Below are positions 48,773 through 58,800 of a DNA stretch of 64,000 nucleotides, piece after piece. The notes below the pieces were generated by a model. It did not search any database, was not told the DNA's origin, and saw only the letters and a program-made list of their open reading frames with translations. The position numbers and the translations under genes were made by a program. This DNA comes from a bacterium. GTDB lineage: Bacteria; Zhuqueibacterota; Zhuqueibacteria; Zhuqueibacterales; Zhuqueibacteraceae. Position 1 is the stretch's first letter, and each line of letters opens with the position of its first letter. Location of the stretch: NCBI GenBank assembly GCA_044869275.1, contig JBIOXB010000223.1, forward strand, positions 32,001-96,000, given 5' to 3'.

Positions 48773-51700
48773 ATGGCGAACAAAATCTATGCATTGCTGG
48801 TGGGCATCAATGACTATGCTCCGGAAATCGGCAGGCTGGCCGGATGTCTCAATGATGTGGATCATTTTAAGGACTATTTGACCAGCGCTTTTGACAAAGC
48901 CAGTCTCGCCATTGAAGTGCTCAAAGAAGGCGAGGCCACGCGCGACAACATCATCAGACTGTTCCGCGCCCATCTCGGCCAGGCGAAGGCTGGTGACGTG
49001 GCCGTGTTCCAATATTCCGGCCATGGCGCGCGTTGGGCCGCTGCGAAGGAATTCAAAGAGTTCTATCCCGATGGCAAAGACGAGGGTCTGGTATGTCACG
49101 ACAGCCGCCGCAAAGACGGCACCTACCCCTTTGACCTGGCCGACAAAGAATTGGCGATGCTGCTTGCCGAGGTCGCAGCCAAAGATCCTCATCTTGCCGT
49201 TATTTTGGATTGCTGCCATTCCGGCTCCGGCACGCGCGACGTGGATGCGTTCACGCATTTGAAAGCGCGGCAAACCCACGAGGTTGCCGTGGAGCGTCCT
49301 CTCGACAGCTATCTTGACGGCCATTATGCCAAGCTGCGCCAACAGGGAAAAAAGTTGTCGATCCCGAGAAGCAAGCATATTTTATTGGCTGCTTGCGACC
49401 GCAAACAAAAGGCCTATGAGGCCACAGACCGCAGCGGGCTCTTTACCAGCACGCTGCTCAAGGTGTTGGAAAAATCCGGCAGCGATATCACTTATGCCGA
49501 TCTGTTCATGCGCTGCCGGGCGGAGATTCGCAAGGAAGCCGACAATCAGACGCCGCAATTCGAGGCCAACGAGAAGTTCAACGCCCTTGGCGGCTTTCTC
49601 GGGCGTAAGGCTTCTCACACAGCGCCTCGCTTCAGCGTGTATTTCAAGGATGGCAACTGGACTATCGATGCCGGTGCCTTGCACGGACTTCCCACTGCGC
49701 CGGAAAAAAGCGTCGGCTTGGCGCTTTATCCGGAAAATGAGCAGGCGCGTTTAGCCGGGCACGCGTCGACGGTTCAAGTGGGGCCGCAGAAGAGCGAGCT
49801 GCAGCTGGATTTTACCGGCGATCAAGCGGCGCGCTATTATGCCGAAGTCACCAGTCTACCGGTTGCGCCGATTCCGGTTTATGTCGATGGCGATGAGAAT
49901 GGCAAGACCATTCTCCGCAAGGCACTCAACCCTTCCATGGGCGTCGATTTAACTGACGTCGCCGAGGGCACCCGTTATGCGATCACCGCGCAAGAGGGAG
50001 TATTTCTGCTGAAACAGCGGGAATTGGATTTGCTCATCCAGGGCGTCAAGGGCGTGCTCGTGCGCGAGCGTAGCACGGGAAAAGAGGTGGCGACATATTC
50101 CGAAGAGTCCGCGCAAGTGGCGCTTGGCATTGTCAAGCAGGTTGCGCAATGGGAAAGAAGCCTTGCGCTGCAGAATCATGGAACGAAAATGGACACCTCG
50201 CTGGTTGACTTCATTTACACCGAGCAATTAAATGCCGGAAAGGAGTATGTCCATCCCTCGGGCGAGATTACGCTCGATTTGGTGAAATCCAAGGAACAAT
50301 GGCAAGAGATTCGGGGCAAATTCAAAGCGCGGAATAGCACTGAGCAAACGTTGCATTTTATTCTCGCTTATTTCTCCGCGTCGTATGGCATTCACATTTT
50401 GCGCAACGAAGAGGTTCCCCCGGGCAAAGAATTCGTTACTTTGTGGGGGGAGGATGAGAAGGACTATTTTTATTTGGAAGATCATGCCAATGAATCGCTG
50501 GAGAATTTCAAGCTGATTGTCAGCACTGAGCGGGTCGACGACTTTTTGTTGAGCCAGGATGATTTAGAACTCGGCAAGATCATCTCCTCTTTTCGTGCCG
50601 TGGGCACGATCAAGCCGATGAAAAAGTTGGTACATGAGAATGAATGGTTTACCAAAAGTATCCGCGTCAAAGTCGTGCGGCAACTCGACCAAGTGGGCGC
50701 GAAAGACGCGGGTCTGGCTAAAGGCAAGATCGTCGTCAAAGGCCATCCTACGCTCAAAGCCAATTTGAGTTTGAGCGCCGCCAAGGCTCCTTCTCGCAGC
50801 ATCGGGGAAGGAACTGATTTCTTCAAGGCTTTCGAGCGACAAGGCTTGGAGATGCTCAACTTTGCCGGCACGCGCGGCGATAACGAGAGCATATTGGAAT
50901 TGACCGATATTGAAAACGCTGAAGCGCTGGCAAAGAACCCGCTGGAGATTGACGTGAATGTCCCGCTCAATGCCGACGAGGGGATTCTCCCCCTGGTGTT
51001 CGACGGCCAGCACGTTTTGCTCGGCGGGGATACGTATAAAGACGAGCAGGGCAACACCCATATCAGCATCGACCACATTCCCGAGGTGCCGGACAACCGC
51101 CGCAGCGTTGGCAAGGCATTGAAGCTGTACTTTTTCAAAACTTATCTCAAGCAGGATAGCGTCAATCAATTGCGCTGGGTGGAGTACAAAGCCGACGGCA
51201 CGATAGCGCAGCACAAGACTATGATTGCCGAGAAAGTGAACGCGGCGCAGAACGTGGTGGTGCTGATGCACGGCCTCATCGGCGACACCGAAAACCTTGC
51301 CAAAACTCTGCGCATGATCAATGCCGGCGGTACAAGCCTCGATCAAAAATTCGATCTGGTGCTGACCTATGACTATGAAAACCTCAGCACGCCGCTGGCA
51401 GAGACGGCGCTCGATCTCAAAAAGAAGTTGGAAGCGGCCGGATTCGGCGCGAATGACAACAAAAAGCTTACACTCTTGACGCATTCCATGGGCGGCCTGG
51501 TGGGGCGCTGGTTTATCGAGCGCGAAGGCGGCAACACCATGGTCGATCATCTCGTCATGTGTGGCACGCCCAATCAGGGCTCGCCGTTTGGCAAAATCGA
51601 CGCGGCGCGCAAAATCTTGAACGTTTTGACCGGCGTGGCGATGAATTATGTTCCCGCGCTCATCCCGTTCAACGGCGCCATCATATTCCTGCTGAACCGT

Positions 51701-52057
51701 TCGAAAAAAATCACGCCCACGCTGGAGCAAATGAACTCGTCTTCCGAATTTATCACCACGCTCAACAGCAGCGGCGATCCCGGCATCCGCTACACCCTTC
51801 TCGCCGGGGACGTGGAGGCGTATCAGGAACCCTCGGATCAATTCTTTCAGCAGCTGTTGGCGAAAGCTGGAAAAGGTTTTGTGTTCAGCGCCCTTTTTGG
51901 CAGTGGCGCACACGATCTAGCGGCCGGCGTGGAGAGCGTGCTCGGCATCGCGGGCTCGCGCAATCCCATGCCCAAGCGCGGCAATGTCGCCTGCCATCAT
52001 TTGAATTATTTTGTTTCCGAAGCTGGGCAGAAGGCGCTGGCGGGAGTGGAGTGGTGA
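48773..52057 (+). CDS. Caspase-family (peptidase C14) protease fused to C-terminal alpha/beta-hydrolase
   Basis: RBS GGAGG; ALLVGINDY, LAGCLND, YSGHG (His), LDCCHSG (Cys); C-terminal MHGL, THSMGG, GTPNQGS, CHHLNYF. Confidence 0.9.
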   Translation: MANKIYALLVGINDYAPEIGRLAGCLNDVDHFKDYLTSAFDKASLAIEVLKEGEATRDNIIRLFRAHLGQAKAGDVAVFQYSGHGARWAAAKEFKEFYPDGKDEGLVCHDSRRKDGTYPFDLADKELAMLLAEVAAKDPHLAVILDCCHSGSGTRDVDAFTHLKARQTHEVAVERPLDSYLDGHYAKLRQQGKKLSIPRSKHILLAACDRKQKAYEATDRSGLFTSTLLKVLEKSGSDITYADLFMRCRAEIRKEADNQTPQFEANEKFNALGGFLGRKASHTAPRFSVYFKDGNWTIDAGALHGLPTAPEKSVGLALYPENEQARLAGHASTVQVGPQKSELQLDFTGDQAARYYAEVTSLPVAPIPVYVDGDENGKTILRKALNPSMGVDLTDVAEGTRYAITAQEGVFLLKQRELDLLIQGVKGVLVRERSTGKEVATYSEESAQVALGIVKQVAQWERSLALQNHGTKMDTSLVDFIYTEQLNAGKEYVHPSGEITLDLVKSKEQWQEIRGKFKARNSTEQTLHFILAYFSASYGIHILRNEEVPPGKEFVTLWGEDEKDYFYLEDHANESLENFKLIVSTERVDDFLLSQDDLELGKIISSFRAVGTIKPMKKLVHENEWFTKSIRVKVVRQLDQVGAKDAGLAKGKIVVKGHPTLKANLSLSAAKAPSRSIGEGTDFFKAFERQGLEMLNFAGTRGDNESILELTDIENAEALAKNPLEIDVNVPLNADEGILPLVFDGQHVLLGGDTYKDEQGNTHISIDHIPEVPDNRRSVGKALKLYFFKTYLKQDSVNQLRWVEYKADGTIAQHKTMIAEKVNAAQNVVVLMHGLIGDTENLAKTLRMINAGGTSLDQKFDLVLTYDYENLSTPLAETALDLKKKLEAAGFGANDNKKLTLLTHSMGGLVGRWFIEREGGNTMVDHLVMCGTPNQGSPFGKIDAARKILNVLTGVAMNYVPALIPFNGAIIFLLNRSKKITPTLEQMNSSSEFITTLNSSGDPGIRYTLLAGDVEAYQEPSDQFFQQLLAKAGKGFVFSALFGSGAHDLAAGVESVLGIAGSRNPMPKRGNVACHHLNYFVSEAGQKALAGVEW

Positions 52058-52092
52058 GGCTGGATGCCGGATCCTGGATGCTGGATCCTGGG
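52058..52092 (+). repeat. Heptamer tandem repeat (CTGGATC / CTGGATG)
   Basis: ggctggatgccggatcctggatgctggatcctggg immediately after the caspase stop. Confidence 0.65.
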
Positions 52093-52479
52093 GGCCGTGC
52101 ACGGTTAACTTGAGAATCACACCCTCAACCATGTCATTCTGAAAGAATCTTGCCACGAGCTGGGCACAATGCTTAGACGGTGCTTTATCCGAGCACCTGG
52201 GAAGCTTCAGCCCGTGCGAGCACTCTCGTTTCACCGCTCAGCGGTGGAACGCATGCAATGACGCTCTGCGTCCCAGAATGCTAGTCCATTGCTCCATTAC
52301 AAGTGAAATCTGTGCTTAGAGAAGTTTTCTGTTTTGATTTCCGTGGGAGTTCAGAGTAGCCGGAATTCGAAGCACAAAGCTCAAAGGGTGTTTTGAGATC
52401 TGCAATTCGAATTTTTATTTCGCTAAGCGCCTGTCCCGGATTTATTGGCGAGCTGAAAACCGATGCCCTGCGGGCGGCG

Positions 52480-52552
52480 CCAACGGATAGATCAAGACCA
52501 ACGGATGAAGGGACGAAAATGTTTTGTCCGTTGGCCTTAATCTATCCGTTGA
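52480..52552. repeat. CCAACGGAT/ATCCGTTG palindromic element, copy B1
   Basis: ccaacggatagatcaagaccaacggat...tccgttggccttaatctatccgttg; similar to 58348-58420. Confidence 0.75.
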
Positions 52553-52628
52553 TGAAAAAAGCCAGAGTATTATATTGAATTTAATTTTCTAATTTGCCTA
52601 ACCCAGTTTATCAAAAGAAGGAACTGCT

Positions 52629-53498
52629 ATGATCACCGAAGACTCATTGAAACAAATTATGCCTAAACTCCCGGACGCCAAGCGTGCGGCATTGCTGCCG
52701 GCATTGCAGAGCGCAATGAATGAGTTCGGTGTGAACACGCCGAAGCGCGAAGCCGCGTTTCTGGCGCAAATCGCCCACGAGTCCGGGGAATTAACCGTCT
52801 TTGCCGAGAACCTGAATTACTCGGCCAAAGGCTTGATGGCAACCTGGCCCAAACGCTTCCCCGATCCCGCCACAGCGCAGAAGTATGAGCGGAATCCGGA
52901 GAAGCTGGCCAACTACGTTTATGCGAATCGCGTTGGCAACGGCAATGAAGCGAGCGGCGACGGTTGGCGGTTTCGCGGCCGTGGCCCCATTCAAATTACC
53001 GGACGCGAGAACTATCAAAAATATGGCAGTCGACTGAATGTCGATATCATCAATAATTCCGACAAAGCCGCCACGCCGGAGGTCGGGTTTCGCGTTGCGG
53101 GTTTGTATTGGAAAGAAAACGGCTTGAATGAGCTTGCCGACAGTGAAATGTTCGAGACCATCACGAAGCGGATCAATGGCGGAACCAAAGGCCTCGAGGA
53201 GCGCAGGCAATACTACACACGCGCGAAAACTGTGTTGGGCGTGCCGCTCTCTCGCGGCATGGCGATACCGGAATCCATGCAAGACATTGATCTCGTTCCA
53301 GAGTTCACGCGCGGGCGCGAGGCGCAAGAAGATACCAAGCCGCCGGTCAGGAAAACACGCAAGGCGCGCGTGAAAAAAAGCAAACGTGCGGCCGCAAAGA
53401 AAAAAGTTGCCAAGAAGAAAGTGGCCAAGAAAACCGCCGGCAGCAAAACGCGCGCACGGGCAAAGGCAAAGCCCAAAGCCGCCAAGCGCCGGAAATAA
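52629..53498 (+). CDS. Glycoside hydrolase family 19 (endolysin/chitinase-like) with Lys/Ala-rich histone-H1-like tail
   Basis: FLAQIAHES, ENLNYS, GDGWRFRGRGPIQITGRENY, TKRINGG; tail KKKVAKKKVAKK. Confidence 0.92.
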   Translation: MITEDSLKQIMPKLPDAKRAALLPALQSAMNEFGVNTPKREAAFLAQIAHESGELTVFAENLNYSAKGLMATWPKRFPDPATAQKYERNPEKLANYVYANRVGNGNEASGDGWRFRGRGPIQITGRENYQKYGSRLNVDIINNSDKAATPEVGFRVAGLYWKENGLNELADSEMFETITKRINGGTKGLEERRQYYTRAKTVLGVPLSRGMAIPESMQDIDLVPEFTRGREAQEDTKPPVRKTRKARVKKSKRAAAKKKVAKKKVAKKTAGSKTRARAKAKPKAAKRRK

Positions 53499-53546
53499 GC
53501 ATTGAGGCATTATAGTCGAATTCGTACGCCATATGGCGCTCAAAGT

Positions 53547-53669
53547 CAGAACAAAATTCTGAAAATTTCTTCGCCAATGAAGGAGAAGCGACCAACGAAT
53601 TCAGGAAAATCCGTTGGTCGTTTTTTGATCCGTTGGAGCGTTTTTGGTCTAAAGTTGCTCCGTAAGGAG
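53547..53669. repeat. CCAACGGAT/ATCCGTTGG palindromic element, copy A2
   Basis: Direct match to 42546-42669. Confidence 0.8.
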
Positions 53670-54086
53670 TTTTGGTTTTCAGCTTGTCTGAAAACATCGG
53701 AAGACAGAAAGATGGAGGACAGAAAAATGTTTGCCGTTTGCTCCATGCTGTCATTGTCCACTTCCCTGGCTTAATCGCGAACGCCATTTTTCTGTCTTTC
53801 ATTTTTCTGTCTTGGCCTTTGGTTAAGCCAATTGAACAATTCCAAGATAAGAATTCTCTATCTCTCTTTGTTCAGCCGCCCGCAGAGCTTCGATTTCTAG
53901 CTTGTTTGAAAATCTGAGGTAGAAGGTTAGTCATCTGAAACAGGTTCTCTCCCACGGAAATGGAACTGCCACGGAAAAATTGTTTTCAATTCCGTGTGAG
54001 TTCCATTTCCGTGGGCGATTTTTGGGCTTGGGCTTCAATTTGTTTCGCACTCAGTTTTTATAGCTTGCTTACGTGCAAAATAACCT

Positions 54087-57000
54087 ATGGTACAATCAAA
54101 CGATCAGCAAAACACCAAACCCGTCATCTTCCTCGCCTTCGCCCAAGACCGCGTCGAAGGCGGCGCGTATTTGCGCAACCTGCCCATCGAGCTGGACGGC
54201 ATTCTAGAAGCGTTGCAAAAGGCGGAGCAGGCAGGGCTGTGCGAGGTGAAACATCGATCCAATACCACGGTCAAGAATATTCTCGACATCTTCCAGCAGT
54301 ATCAGGATCGCATCGCCATTTTTCATTACGGCGGACATGCTGACAGCTACGAGCTTTTGCTCGAGTCCTTGACCGGCGAGCACGCGATGGCGCACAGCGA
54401 AGGGCTGGTTTCTTTTCTTGCCAAACAAAAAAGTCTGCGGCTCATTTTCCTAAACGGCTGCTCTTCTCGGCAGCAGGCATTGGACTTGACCGAGGCGGGC
54501 GTGCCGGCCGTAATCGGCACTTCGCAAAAAATCGACGATGAGATCGCAACCAATTTGTCAGGGCGCTTTTACAAAGGCCTCGCTGCCGGCCTCTCGCTTG
54601 ATCGCGCCTGGGCGGAAGCCATCGATCAAATCAAAGTGGAGAAAGGCACCAGCAATACCCGCGCACTGCATTGGAAAGGCAAAGTTGAAGCCAGCGACGG
54701 TATTCCGTGGGACATCTATTATCGCAAGGGCGCGGAGATTGTTAAGGAATGGAATCTGCCGGCGGCTGCGAATCAACCTCTGTTTGGCTTGCCGCTGCCG
54801 GAAGTTTATTACCGCAAGTTGCCGGCTGCGCCGTTTCTCTGGTTGAATGATTTCAGGAGAGAAGACGCCGCCATCTTTTTCGGCCGCGGCGCCGAGATTC
54901 GGAAACTGTACACGCAGTTGACCACCGGCATGCAACCGATCATTCTGTACTACGGAAAAGCCGGCGTGGGAAAATCTTCCCTGCTGCAAGCCGGCCTGGC
55001 GCCGCGCATTGAAAACGATTATGCCGTCAAATATATCTGCCGCCTCCCGGCGAAAGGATTGACCGGCACTTTGCTGCAGGCCCTGCAAGAAGTAGGTGAC
55101 GAGCTCGGACTGCCGCCGGTTGAACCTGCCGAGAAAGACACCCTCCGCACCAAAATCGAGGAGCTGCAAAAAGCTTTGGAGGGCAGCGCGGGATTCACCC
55201 GGCAAGTGCTGGAAAGCGAGCTGCAAAAACTCACCGCGCTTGCCGGCGAGAGCCTTTTGTTTTCAGCACATTGGCGGCGGATCGAAGATAAAACCAACCG
55301 GCCATTAGTGGTCATGCTCGATCAAGTGGAGGAAAAATCTACCCGCCCCGCGCCTGACGACAGAGAATCTGCCGATGAATTGGAGATCTTCCTCGAGACC
55401 GTGCGGAGTATTTTTGACCAACAAGACCTGCCCCTGCGGGGAAAACTCATTCTCAGTTGCCGCGAAGAATATCAGCCCGCGATGCGTGCGGCCTTGCAAG
55501 CGTTTTCACTGCCTTTTGCGGAAGCATTTCTTCCGCCACTGGGCTGGCAGGGAATTGTCGAAGCGACGGAAGGTGTGACCACGCATCCTTCGACTCGCGA
55601 TCAGTATCACCTGGAAATTGAAAATTACAAGGGTAGTAATTTGCCGGAGATCATCGCCGACGATATGCTGGAAAGCGAGGAATCTCCGCTTGCGCCGATG
55701 CTGCAAGTGGTGCTGACCGAGTTATGGAGAGGCGCAGTTAAAGAAAACACCAAAGCGCCGCGTCTGAGCGTGCGGCAATATCAGGAGCTCAAGCAATCGG
55801 GCGCCAGCATGGGTGAATTTTTCAAACAGCGCATGGCGGAAGTGCAGGAGTGGCAGAAAACCGTCGTGACGTCCGGTTTGACACTGGACTTGCTCTACCG
55901 GCATATCACGCCCGCCGGTGCTGCCGCGAGCCTGAGCCGGGAGCAACTGCATGACATCTACTGCGACCGCGAGCAGGTCATTGATCAGCTTATGGCGAAG
56001 TGCCAAGACCTTTATCTGTTGACTGATTTTCAGCTGCGCGGCACCAGCCTGGCGCATCATCTGCTCGCGCCGGTGGTGATCAAGGAATACAGCAATTCCG
56101 TTATGCCCGGCCAGCAAGCCGCCCGCATTTTGAACAGCAAGATCGAGGAATTTCGTGCCAATGAAAAAGACATCTGGCTGAATGATGCGGATTTGGAAAT
56201 TGTGGAAAACGGCAAAGCCGGCATGCGGCAGTTGCATGCCGATGAAGAGAAGCTGTTGCAGATCAGCCGGGAGCGCAAGGCGCAGCGGGAAAAAGAGCGA
56301 AAGCGCAATCGCGTCATACGCAACGTTTTGGCAACTTTCATTTTCCTGTTTGCCATATTAGCCGGTTGGCAATGGCAAGTGTCGGAGCGCAACTATAAGC
56401 AAGCCAAGGCGAGCCAACTGGCGTTCATCGCGGGCGAGGCTTTCAATTCCGACAACACGAAAGCGCTGCGCATTGCCGAAGCGGCTTACGCGATTTTGGG
56501 TGAGCATTCGCCGGCGGCGGTGACGCGAACGTTGAGTGAGATTTTTCATTCCCAAGACCTGAGGCCGTTTTATGCGGCGAATTTTCCTCACGATGAACCC
56601 GTCAATACGGCGGTGTTTTCGCCGGATGGCCAGCAAATTCTCACCGCCTCGGAAGGCGGGTCTGCCAGGCTCTGGGATCGGCGCGGAGAATTGATCCACA
56701 CTTTTGATCATGAGGGCTACGACGTCACCTCCGCCGCCTTTTCCCCCAATGGCAAGCAAATTCTTACGCTCGCCAACGATATCGTCAGGCTTTGGGAAAT
56801 GAATGGGAAACTTGTCGATGGCGATACGCTGCAACCCGAGCAAGCAACCGACTTAGCCGATTTATCGACCGACGGCATGCGGATTCTAAAAGTGTTTGCC
56901 GGTAGCGATGATGAAAAATACCGCGCGCTGATCCATCGTCTCAAGCAAGAAAATGGAATTGCCGAAGTCATTCCCGCTTCGAACCGGCAGCGGATTCTCA

Positions 57001-58328
57001 CCATCTCATCCGATGGCACTGTGACGCTGCTGAATGGGGAAGGGAAAATCCTGAAGGCAATTGATAGCAGCGTAGTTTCTGCCGCTTTGTCGCCCGACGG
57101 CAAGCGCCTGTTGACCGTGGCCTTCGACAGCCTCAGCACCATCCGGTTTTGGGACGAGCAGGGAAGTTTCCTCGGAAGTTTCAAGTATAGAGGAGAAGTG
57201 AACAAAGCCGCTTTCTCCCCGGACGGCAGGCAGATTCTCACCGCCGCCGCCGACCATACGGCAAAACTCTGGGAGGTTTCACAGAAATTCACCCAGCACT
57301 TGCCGCGCCACAGTTTGGGAGTCTCCACCGCGGTGTTTTCTCCAGATGGGAAGCGTATCCTCACTGCTTCACACGATGGATTCGCCCGGCTTTGGGATGA
57401 ACAAGGAAATCCGCTCGACAGTCTCAAGCATGGCGGCGTGGTGAACGCGGCGGTTTTTTCACCTGAAGGCAATCGAATTCTAACGGCGGCTAGGGACGGC
57501 ACTGCCCGGCTGTGGCTGCGCGATGAGGCGCGAGTGGTCAACTTGCCGCATCGGGGAGAAGTCAACTCCGCGCTGTTCTCTCCCGACAATGGCAGCCGGA
57601 TTCTCACGGCTTCAAGCGACAGCACCGCCAGATTATGGACTGGAAACGGCGTTCCGATTGATACACTTGAGCATCACGGTGAGGTGCGTGCCGCAGTCTT
57701 TTCGCCCGACGGCCGGCAAATTCTGACGGCGTCATCCGACGGCACGGCGACATTGTGGTGGGCAAGCGGCGTTTTGATCAGGATATTCAAGCATGATGAC
57801 GAAGTTATTTCGGCAGTCTATTCGCTGGACGGGAAGCGGATTTTGACCGCCTGTGCGGATGGCGCGGTAAGATTATTTGCGGTCAATGGTGATTCGCTTG
57901 GAACTTTTAAGCATCATGATAAAATCAAGCTCGCGGTTTTTTTGCCTGAGGGCCGGCGCCTGTTGACGGCAAGCAGTATGGTCTGGCTCTGGGACGAAGC
58001 GGGGAAGCCGCTCGTTAGTGTCGCACACACTGCGGCGGTCACCTCGGTGGATTTCTCCCCCGATGGCAAGCACCTGCTTACGGCTTCAATCGACCAAAGC
58101 GCCAAGCTGTGGAACCTACAAGGCGAGTTGCAGGCAGATTACGACAAACACGAACTGCCGGTGAATTCGGCGCGTTTTTCACCCGACGGCGAAAAAATTA
58201 TCACCGCCTCGGTCGATGGGCAAGTGATGATCTGGTGGACACCGCGAGCCATTTACGATTGGCTGAAAACCGCGCCGCTTTACCGGATCACGCGGCAGGA
58301 AGAAGAATTGTATGGAATCGTGCAGTAG
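54087..58328 (+). CDS. CHAT protease - STAND (nSTAND1-like) NTPase - TM - WD40 repeat protein
   Basis: FHYGGHA and FLNGC dyad, FFGR, YGKAGVGKSS (Walker A), MLDQVEE (Walker B), TM VLATFIFLFAILAGW, many FSPDG..ILTAS.D.TA.LW repeats. Confidence 0.92.
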   Translation: MVQSNDQQNTKPVIFLAFAQDRVEGGAYLRNLPIELDGILEALQKAEQAGLCEVKHRSNTTVKNILDIFQQYQDRIAIFHYGGHADSYELLLESLTGEHAMAHSEGLVSFLAKQKSLRLIFLNGCSSRQQALDLTEAGVPAVIGTSQKIDDEIATNLSGRFYKGLAAGLSLDRAWAEAIDQIKVEKGTSNTRALHWKGKVEASDGIPWDIYYRKGAEIVKEWNLPAAANQPLFGLPLPEVYYRKLPAAPFLWLNDFRREDAAIFFGRGAEIRKLYTQLTTGMQPIILYYGKAGVGKSSLLQAGLAPRIENDYAVKYICRLPAKGLTGTLLQALQEVGDELGLPPVEPAEKDTLRTKIEELQKALEGSAGFTRQVLESELQKLTALAGESLLFSAHWRRIEDKTNRPLVVMLDQVEEKSTRPAPDDRESADELEIFLETVRSIFDQQDLPLRGKLILSCREEYQPAMRAALQAFSLPFAEAFLPPLGWQGIVEATEGVTTHPSTRDQYHLEIENYKGSNLPEIIADDMLESEESPLAPMLQVVLTELWRGAVKENTKAPRLSVRQYQELKQSGASMGEFFKQRMAEVQEWQKTVVTSGLTLDLLYRHITPAGAAASLSREQLHDIYCDREQVIDQLMAKCQDLYLLTDFQLRGTSLAHHLLAPVVIKEYSNSVMPGQQAARILNSKIEEFRANEKDIWLNDADLEIVENGKAGMRQLHADEEKLLQISRERKAQREKERKRNRVIRNVLATFIFLFAILAGWQWQVSERNYKQAKASQLAFIAGEAFNSDNTKALRIAEAAYAILGEHSPAAVTRTLSEIFHSQDLRPFYAANFPHDEPVNTAVFSPDGQQILTASEGGSARLWDRRGELIHTFDHEGYDVTSAAFSPNGKQILTLANDIVRLWEMNGKLVDGDTLQPEQATDLADLSTDGMRILKVFAGSDDEKYRALIHRLKQENGIAEVIPASNRQRILTISSDGTVTLLNGEGKILKAIDSSVVSAALSPDGKRLLTVAFDSLSTIRFWDEQGSFLGSFKYRGEVNKAAFSPDGRQILTAAADHTAKLWEVSQKFTQHLPRHSLGVSTAVFSPDGKRILTASHDGFARLWDEQGNPLDSLKHGGVVNAAVFSPEGNRILTAARDGTARLWLRDEARVVNLPHRGEVNSALFSPDNGSRILTASSDSTARLWTGNGVPIDTLEHHGEVRAAVFSPDGRQILTASSDGTATLWWASGVLIRIFKHDDEVISAVYSLDGKRILTACADGAVRLFAVNGDSLGTFKHHDKIKLAVFLPEGRRLLTASSMVWLWDEAGKPLVSVAHTAAVTSVDFSPDGKHLLTASIDQSAKLWNLQGELQADYDKHELPVNSARFSPDGEKIITASVDGQVMIWWTPRAIYDWLKTAPLYRITRQEEELYGIVQ

Positions 58329-58347
58329 GGAAGATTTTAAGAAATCT

Positions 58348-58420
58348 CCAACGGATAGATTAAGTCCAACGGATAAAACTCTTAGTCTTTTCATCAGTTG
58401 GTCTTAATCTATCTGCTGGC
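58348..58420. repeat. CCAACGGAT palindromic element, copy B2
   Basis: ccaacggatagattaagtccaacggat...atcagttggtcttaatctatctgctgg. Confidence 0.72.
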
Positions 58421-58530
58421 GATAAAAAGCTGGAGTTTTATTCTAAGTTTGTTTGCCTAAGCGCCTATGCCGAATTTTCAACCGCGCTGAAAACAGAAGC
58501 TCTTCAAGCAACCTTAAATCAGAAGCTTTT

Positions 58531-58749
58531 GAACACGAATAACGCGGATGACACGGATCGTCGCAGATTTTTGTTTTTGCTGCGAATGAGCAGTTGTAAA
58601 ACAAGAAAGCCTAAGGCATACAGTCAAAAATAATTGGAAGCCAAAATCATTGAAAGAGTCTCAATCATTTTGACTTTAACACTCCCTCGAAACTTTCATA
58701 TTCTTGCTCTATCCGTGTTCCTCCGCGCAATCCGTGTCATCCGCGTTCA
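58531..58749. repeat. Long-spaced inverted repeat of nonamer units (ACACGGAT/ATCCGTGT)
   Basis: gaacacgaataacgcggatgacacggat ... atccgtgttcctccgcgcaatccgtgtcatccgcgttc between convergent genes. Confidence 0.7.
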
Positions 58750-58800
58750 AAAAATCAAGAAACTCCCAAAATATCATTCTGTGTTTGTGTGCTTTATGGC

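Noticed and set aside
52629..53498. GH19 as evidence of a prophage
   Set aside because: No holin, structural, terminase or integrase genes nearby
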